From the NCBI GenBank assembly GCA_965238175.1, contig CBDEGZ010000003.1, positions 2,432,001-2,496,000 of the forward strand: 64,000 bases of DNA, read 5' to 3'. Below are positions 58,691 to 64,000 of this stretch, piece by piece. Both the position numbers and the translations under genes were made by a program. The stretch is from Gammaproteobacteria bacterium. Lineage in GTDB: Bacteria > Pseudomonadota > Gammaproteobacteria > CAJXQU01. Numbering within the stretch: the stretch's first letter is position 1; every line of letters starts with the position of its first letter. Below the pieces are notes generated by a model. It saw only the letters and a program-made list of their open reading frames with translations. It ran no database searches and was not told the DNA's origin.

Positions 58691-60187
58691 TTATAAGTGA
58701 TTTCGCTGACGTTTGTTGGCCGTTCCAGATCGTACAATGGACTTGAGTTTTGGTTTTATAAAGTCCAATACACCTTTTTGTCCTGATCGTAAATAATCTT
58801 GCTCTAATGAATATCGCACAAGGCTTGGTGAAATATCCAAGGTTTCAGTAAGTACTGTATATAATAAATTGAATAGTCGTTTAAGAGAAATTTTCCAAGT
58901 GCTGTCCGCATTTTCATACAAAGCGTCACTTACTTGTAAGAAACGATGAAAGGGATCATTTTCAAGTATAATCACTAACGTTTCTGGAAAACGACCAGCG
59001 TTAGCGATCATATCCCAGAATCGAGCAAAACGATTAACACGCTGCATGGTCTCAAAATCAATGTCACGCGTACTCAAAATATTATAAGGGGCTTTAGGAT
59101 TATAGCGAAGTTGGTATTCGTCACTATGGCGATTAATTGGTGCACCACGTAATCGTTTCAAAATACCCAGTTGAATTTCTTGTGGTTTTAACTCAACCAG
59201 TTGGTTAAAACTTTTTGCAAAATTATCCAATGTGTCTTGTGGTAATCCGAAGATCAAATCCGCATGAATATGAACACCGGTATTTTCACGTAACCATTTT
59301 AGATTCTTAGCTGTTTTCTGATTGTTTTGTTTACGACTGATCAATGTTTGAATTTCTGGATCAAAGGTCTGAACACCAATTTCAAACTGTAACGAATTCA
59401 CCGGAAACAGTTTGATCGTTTGTTTTAACTTTTCCGGTAAATTATCTGGAATAACTTCGAAATGTAGATACAAATCATCTGTCATTCGTTCAAGAAAAAA
59501 CTCTAATATTTTCACGCTACTGCTAACTTTCAAATTAAAGGTCCGATCAATAAATTTGAAATTACGTGCTCCCCTTTTGTACAGTTGTTCCATTTCCATC
59601 AAAAATTGATCAAGTTCAAAAGGTTTGGCTGTTTTATCCAGAGATGACAAACAAAACTCACATTTAAACGGACACCCACGCGAGGCTTCTACATATAACA
59701 GACGATTGCGAATATCTTCTTCGGTGTAAAATTCATACGGAAGCTTCAGATCATTTAAAGCTAGTTCCTGTCCCTTAATGATTTTCTCACTTGGATTTGG
59801 GTCAGATAATATTTGCTTACAAAGTGCAGGGAAACTCACCTCGCCATAACCGGTGATCACATAGTCAACAGAATCTACAAATACGGGTAGATCCGGTGGA
59901 TGGCTAACTTCAGGACCACCGACAATAAGCTTAATGTCAGGATCAATCTGTTTGATCAATAAAACCGTTTCAGCAATTTCCGTAACATTCCAGATATAAA
60001 CACTAAAACCAATTATCTTTGGTTTCTGACGTAATAGTTTCTCAGCTATCTCTATCGGGCGTTCTTGAATAGTAAACTCAATAAGCTCGGTTCGTGATTG
60101 CAAAACGTCCATATTTGCGTACAGATAACGCAAGCCAAAGGCACTATGCATGTAACGCGCATTTAAGGTTGTGAGGATAATATCCAA
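58691..60187 (-). CDS. B12-binding radical SAM protein (DUF4080-type C-terminus)
   Basis: B12-binding motifs GFSVYIWN and GGPE; radical SAM motif EASRGCPFKCEFC. Confidence 0.9.
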   Translation of the reverse strand: MDIILTTLNARYMHSAFGLRYLYANMDVLQSRTELIEFTIQERPIEIAEKLLRQKPKIIGFSVYIWNVTEIAETVLLIKQIDPDIKLIVGGPEVSHPPDLPVFVDSVDYVITGYGEVSFPALCKQILSDPNPSEKIIKGQELALNDLKLPYEFYTEEDIRNRLLYVEASRGCPFKCEFCLSSLDKTAKPFELDQFLMEMEQLYKRGARNFKFIDRTFNLKVSSSVKILEFFLERMTDDLYLHFEVIPDNLPEKLKQTIKLFPVNSLQFEIGVQTFDPEIQTLISRKQNNQKTAKNLKWLRENTGVHIHADLIFGLPQDTLDNFAKSFNQLVELKPQEIQLGILKRLRGAPINRHSDEYQLRYNPKAPYNILSTRDIDFETMQRVNRFARFWDMIANAGRFPETLVIILENDPFHRFLQVSDALYENADSTWKISLKRLFNLLYTVLTETLDISPSLVRYSLEQDYLRSGQKGVLDFIKPKLKSIVRSGTANKRQRNHL

Positions 60188-60234
60188 GCGTTGGCTTTAA
60201 GTGATTTTATTGAGCTTATATATTAAAATTTGAA

Positions 60235-60579
60235 TTATCTTAACTCCAATAATTCGACCTCAAAAATCAAGGTTGCATTGGCTGGAATAACACCACCAGC
60301 TCCACTAGCACCATAACCAAGATCAGAAGGAATAGTGAGCTTGCGTGTTCCACCTGTTTGCATACCGGCAACGCCTTCATCCCAGCCTTTGATAACACGT
60401 CCACCACCTAATGGAAAATCGAAAGGCATATCTCGTTCCTTACTGGAGTCAAACTTTGTTCCATCTTCCAGCCACCCTGTGTAATGTACGACTACAGTTT
60501 GCCCTATTGTTGCCGTATCCCCTTCCCCAACCGTTAAGTCTTCGTATTTCAAACCTGATTCTGTTGTTATTTCTGACAT
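60235..60579 (-). CDS. FKBP-type peptidyl-prolyl isomerase
   Basis: Motifs [23 protein letters not shown] and LIFEVEL. Confidence 0.95.
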   Translation of the reverse strand: MSEITTESGLKYEDLTVGEGDTATIGQTVVVHYTGWLEDGTKFDSSKERDMPFDFPLGGGRVIKGWDEGVAGMQTGGTRKLTIPSDLGYGASGAGGVIPANATLIFEVELLELR

Positions 60580-60683
60580 AATTAGTTTCCTATTGTAGAT
60601 ATTTTGTTTAATCGAAACATTCTATAATATAACGACAAAAATATAACACGAAATTATTATCAACAAAGAGTTTTAAAGTACTA

Positions 60684-61667
60684 ATGAATGCAGAGATGCC
60701 CCAAATTAACAGTATTGAAAATATCGTCGTCGCAGCGATGTATAAGTTTGTTCAACTTCCTGATTATAAGGAGCTACGCAAACCTTTATATGAACATATG
60801 CTGTCACATGATATCAAAGGGACCTTGTTACTGGCTGAAGAAGGCATTAATGGAACAGTGGCTGGCAACCGAGAGGCAATCGATAGTCTGATGGATTATC
60901 TTAGTCTTGATCAGCGATTTGCAGGTATCTCAGCCAAACAATCACTTACTGCAGAGGCTCCTTTTTTACGCACTAAAGTGAAATTGAAAAAAGAAATTGT
61001 CACGATGGGTGTTCCAGGAATTGATCCGACTGAATTGAACGGCCAACGTGTTGATCCAAAAGACTGGAATAATCTTATTTCTGATCCTGACATTATTCTG
61101 GTTGATACCCGAAATAAATATGAAGTAGGCATTGGGACGTTTAAAAATGCCGTTTCACCTAACACAGAAACATTTCGAGAATTCCCCAATTATGTAGAAA
61201 AAAATCTCGATCCTGAAAAACATAAAAAAGTCGCCATGTTTTGTACCGGCGGTATTCGTTGTGAGAAGTCAACCAACTATCTTTTAAGCCAAGGTTTTGA
61301 TCAGGTATATCATCTCAATGGAGGCATACTGAAGTACCTTGAAGAAGTGTCCGAAGAAGATAGTCTCTGGGAAGGTGAATGTTTTGTTTTTGATGGACGC
61401 GTGTCGGTTGATCATAATTTAGAAGAAGGTATGTATGAACAATGCTTTGCCTGCCGGCGACCACTGTCTGATCAAGATCGATTGTCGGATGAATATCAAG
61501 AAGGAATTTCTTGCTCTTTTTGTTTTGACAATATGAGCGATGAACGACGTGAACGTTTCGCAGAGCGACAGCGACAGATCGAATTTTCAAAAGAACGCAA
61601 TGAAAAACATATCGGTGTAAAACTTGAGGTCAGAAAAAAACAAAAGATCGAGAGAGGTAACACATGA
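60684..61667 (+). CDS. trhO: Rhodanese-domain oxygen-dependent tRNA uridine hydroxylase TrhO (YceA)
   Basis: Motifs [39 protein letters not shown] and GECFVFD.R. Confidence 0.9.
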   Translation: MNAEMPQINSIENIVVAAMYKFVQLPDYKELRKPLYEHMLSHDIKGTLLLAEEGINGTVAGNREAIDSLMDYLSLDQRFAGISAKQSLTAEAPFLRTKVKLKKEIVTMGVPGIDPTELNGQRVDPKDWNNLISDPDIILVDTRNKYEVGIGTFKNAVSPNTETFREFPNYVEKNLDPEKHKKVAMFCTGGIRCEKSTNYLLSQGFDQVYHLNGGILKYLEEVSEEDSLWEGECFVFDGRVSVDHNLEEGMYEQCFACRRPLSDQDRLSDEYQEGISCSFCFDNMSDERRERFAERQRQIEFSKERNEKHIGVKLEVRKKQKIERGNT

Positions 61668-62062
61668 ATACATTCTCAATAAAAAGATCTCTTTTGATTA
61701 TTTTTATGCTGATCATTTAACGGTTTTAACATTAACCGTTCATTTCAAAATAGGCCCTTTATCGCTGGGCTTATACGGCTCTATTAACACAAACGAAAAT
61801 GTTGCAATTCATGATTATGATCTAACAAGTTATTTCATTTCAAACTCTGCAAAGAAAGATGAATACTTATTGTAGAAGATGAATCTATTTTATTTGCAAA
61901 TTATTTAGATCGCTTTAAGCCTTTTTGAGGCTCTTAGCAGATTCCATATCATAAAATTATTGAGCAAGTATCATATTACTGTTTATTTCGTAATGTTTGG
62001 AGTTCTTCATGTTACGTTATTAAAATAAGTTTGAAACTTTATATCTCCCTGAAAATAATTTC

Positions 62063-63241
62063 TTAACTTTGCTTAAACATCGAAGCTTTCTCATCAATAA
62101 AAATATTTTCTTTTCTAGTCTCAAACAATCTTGAACTCAAAAATTGATGAAAGTCAGATACGACACGTTCCATCTCGACTAACTTACCACCTGCTCCACA
62201 TTGAGAATACATACCTTTTTGAACTCTCTCACAGATCATTTTATCTTCTGCAAAAAATGACTCGACGAAATCCTTTGTGGCTTTATCTGAATTTATATGG
62301 TCTGTTTCCGCAATACTGGCTGAGCGGATCAAACTTGTTTCCTTATTTATTGGCATAACTTGTAACCAGTCGAAGGAATCACAGGTCATAATTCCCACAA
62401 ATGATGGAGGTAAGGAAACGAGAAGATAATGGTTATAAACTTCGGGATAATCACCTTTTAACCACTTCACTACTTTACTTGTGGTGCCTATAGCATGATC
62501 TGACATTAAGCCTGCGGTCAAAGTCCACTCTGATGATCCTGCAACATAAAAGGCTCGCTTGGTTGGTGTCATCGTTTCTAGTGTACTTTTATGCACTCTG
62601 AACAAGTGATAGCTCTCCATCGCATTTTCCATAGCCAGCTTCCAGTTTGCTTGCCATACTTCAACGTTTCCTGACGTGGCTGATTGAAATCGCTGAGACT
62701 CGAACACCGCCATGTAATCTTCCAACCCTTCTAAACGATCTTTAAGTGGCGTAGGGTTTTCAGATAGATTAATAAATAACAACCCCATAAAGCTTTGCAG
62801 GTTGAATTCAGGTAAGCAGTGTTCCTTCTTTTCTATTTTGATCTCACCTGGGAATGGAACACCTTTTGATGCGCCTTGATCATCATATGACCAGGCATGA
62901 TATGGGCAGCTCATTACCTTATTTATTTTTCCAAAACCTTGATCCAGTATTGGCGTACCACGATGTCGACAGTTATTTGATAATGCTCGGAAGACACCAT
63001 CTTTCCCATGAATGATCGAGATGGATTCACCAACCAGATCAAATGCGTAATAATCACCCTTTTCTTTTATTTCCTGTTCACAGCATATAAAAACCCATTC
63101 ATTACGAAAGATAGATTGTGCTTCAAGATCAAAAACTTCCTGATCGTGATATATGGCAAATGGTAACGATTTAGCATCTTCAATAGGAGCTGCGGCGAGT
63201 TGCTTGTATTTATCCATTAATTGGTTCATTAACTTATTCAT
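62063..63241 (-). CDS. Rieske non-heme iron oxygenase alpha subunit (choline monooxygenase/GbcA/CntA-like group)
   Basis: Rieske motif CRHRG...CPYHAW and mononuclear-iron ligands ENAMESYH...VH...ED. Confidence 0.88.
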   Translation of the reverse strand: MNKLMNQLMDKYKQLAAAPIEDAKSLPFAIYHDQEVFDLEAQSIFRNEWVFICCEQEIKEKGDYYAFDLVGESISIIHGKDGVFRALSNNCRHRGTPILDQGFGKINKVMSCPYHAWSYDDQGASKGVPFPGEIKIEKKEHCLPEFNLQSFMGLLFINLSENPTPLKDRLEGLEDYMAVFESQRFQSATSGNVEVWQANWKLAMENAMESYHLFRVHKSTLETMTPTKRAFYVAGSSEWTLTAGLMSDHAIGTTSKVVKWLKGDYPEVYNHYLLVSLPPSFVGIMTCDSFDWLQVMPINKETSLIRSASIAETDHINSDKATKDFVESFFAEDKMICERVQKGMYSQCGAGGKLVEMERVVSDFHQFLSSRLFETRKENIFIDEKASMFKQS

Positions 63242-63245
63242 TTTT

Positions 63246-63497
63246 TTACCTCATCAAACGCGTAACAGGATCAGCAACGTAATAGAAACCGAAAAACAAC
63301 CAGATGCCGATCACCAAATAAAATAATATTGGGTTTTCAGATTTACGAATGGTTTCTGATAACCAAGTTTCATTTCCAAGTAAATTAGTCAGTCCCCAGA
63401 TAATGAGTAATATCCCCCATAACCACCAATTCATGACCGTCGAGATGACTATCAAAATTAAACTTAGTATCGCGCGCCATTTAATTGTTTTTTTCAT
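63246..63497 (-). CDS. Small membrane protein
   Basis: 83 aa, hydrophobic, tightly packed between co-oriented genes (3-4 bp gaps). Confidence 0.65.
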   Translation of the reverse strand: MKKTIKWRAILSLILIVISTVMNWWLWGILLIIWGLTNLLGNETWLSETIRKSENPILFYLVIGIWLFFGFYYVADPVTRLMR

Positions 63498-63500
63498 ACT

Positions 63501-64000
63501 TTATCTCACAAAAACATGTACTGCTTTTGGGTTACCTGAACTATCTAGATTGTATTCTTCCAGGACTATCTCAGGAACTGCTTCTCCACTATAAATATCG
63601 GCCCAGGCTTTATCTAAAATTTCATCGATAGCCATTCCTTTAAGATCATTAACTGGGAATTTTTGATATAAACCGGCAGATATGTCTTTCTTATCCATTA
63701 CAGCGATATCGGAATTTAAGGATGTTTGTGCTTGATCATAGCCTATAGCTAACGTTGTATTACCTTCTTCATCTATATCTTTATAAACTGCGTAAACAAC
63801 AACAGGTCTATTCCAATTAACGGCTTGATGTAATTCGTCTTTCATTTCAAACATATCCCATAATTTTTGAATTTCCTGAATCGCATCATCCGCGTATAAG
63901 TTGATCTGCGTTTGTATACCGATCACACTAAAAGTACCAATATGATATTTTTTTTCTAGGAACGGACTATCATCTTGAACTACGTAATTTTCAGAGGTTT
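63501..64000 (-). CDS. GyrI-like effector-binding domain protein (5' end outside the window)
   Basis: The frame stays open to the window edge; pattern FSVIGI...IQKLW..F...YAVY...G.Y.KF...AW..IY...EEY. Confidence 0.6.
   Translation of the reverse strand, partial: TSENYVVQDDSPFLEKKYHIGTFSVIGIQTQINLYADDAIQEIQKLWDMFEMKDELHQAVNWNRPVVVYAVYKDIDEEGNTTLAIGYDQAQTSLNSDIAVMDKKDISAGLYQKFPVNDLKGMAIDEILDKAWADIYSGEAVPEIVLEEYNLDSSGNPKAVHVFVR

Noticed and set aside
1365-63594. Dozens of short ORFs (60-190 aa) overlapping long genes, e.g. 4388-4843, 5890-6351, 33572-34009, 43731-44309
   Set aside because: They are antisense or alternate-frame shadows of well-supported CDSs and show no recognisable motifs.
1-64000. 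CRISPR arrays, rRNA/tRNA genes, prophage or defence systems
   Set aside because: No regularly spaced repeats, structural RNA signatures, or phage/defence protein motifs were recognised by eye. A tRNAscan/Rfam run would be needed to exclude small RNAs in the longer intergenic regions.

Overview
Gammaproteobacterial chromosomal segment, probably from a marine or other aquatic organism (inferred from gene families). The left flank holds flgJ and a fatty-acid beta-oxidation operon (acyltransferase-esterase fusion, fadE, fadI, fadJ) whose fadD is cut off at a 55-bp ERIC/MITE-like palindrome. About 35 kb of accessory nitrogen-compound scavenging genes follow (about 9.7-44.9 kb). These comprise a PuuR-like regulator with ald, an omega-amino-acid transaminase and a frameshifted bauB; a pxpA-BCCP-biotin carboxylase-pxpB-pxpC cluster; an IS3 remnant; and a co-oriented minus-strand cluster. 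That cluster reads: ABC binding protein, ABC ATPase with a 4x YSxxDxxxFxxLM tail, two permeases with extra membrane domains, an atypical proteorhodopsin paralog (D-S-L motif, retinal Lys kept), a flotillin with a 106-aa internal duplication, a Na+:solute symporter, an N,N-dimethylformamidase large subunit with two small-subunit-like genes, a porin and a tandem BamC-like lipoprotein. Next to it lie a hybrid sensor kinase, a NarL-type regulator and a TorT-like ABC system. The right flank is mostly housekeeping or miscellaneous genes (fusA, yhiN, aqpZ, panP, trhO, two truncated haemoglobins, a Rieske oxygenase). The best candidate for an undescribed system is the rhodopsin-flotillin-transporter-formamidase cluster. 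All family calls come from motif recognition by eye; no searches were run.
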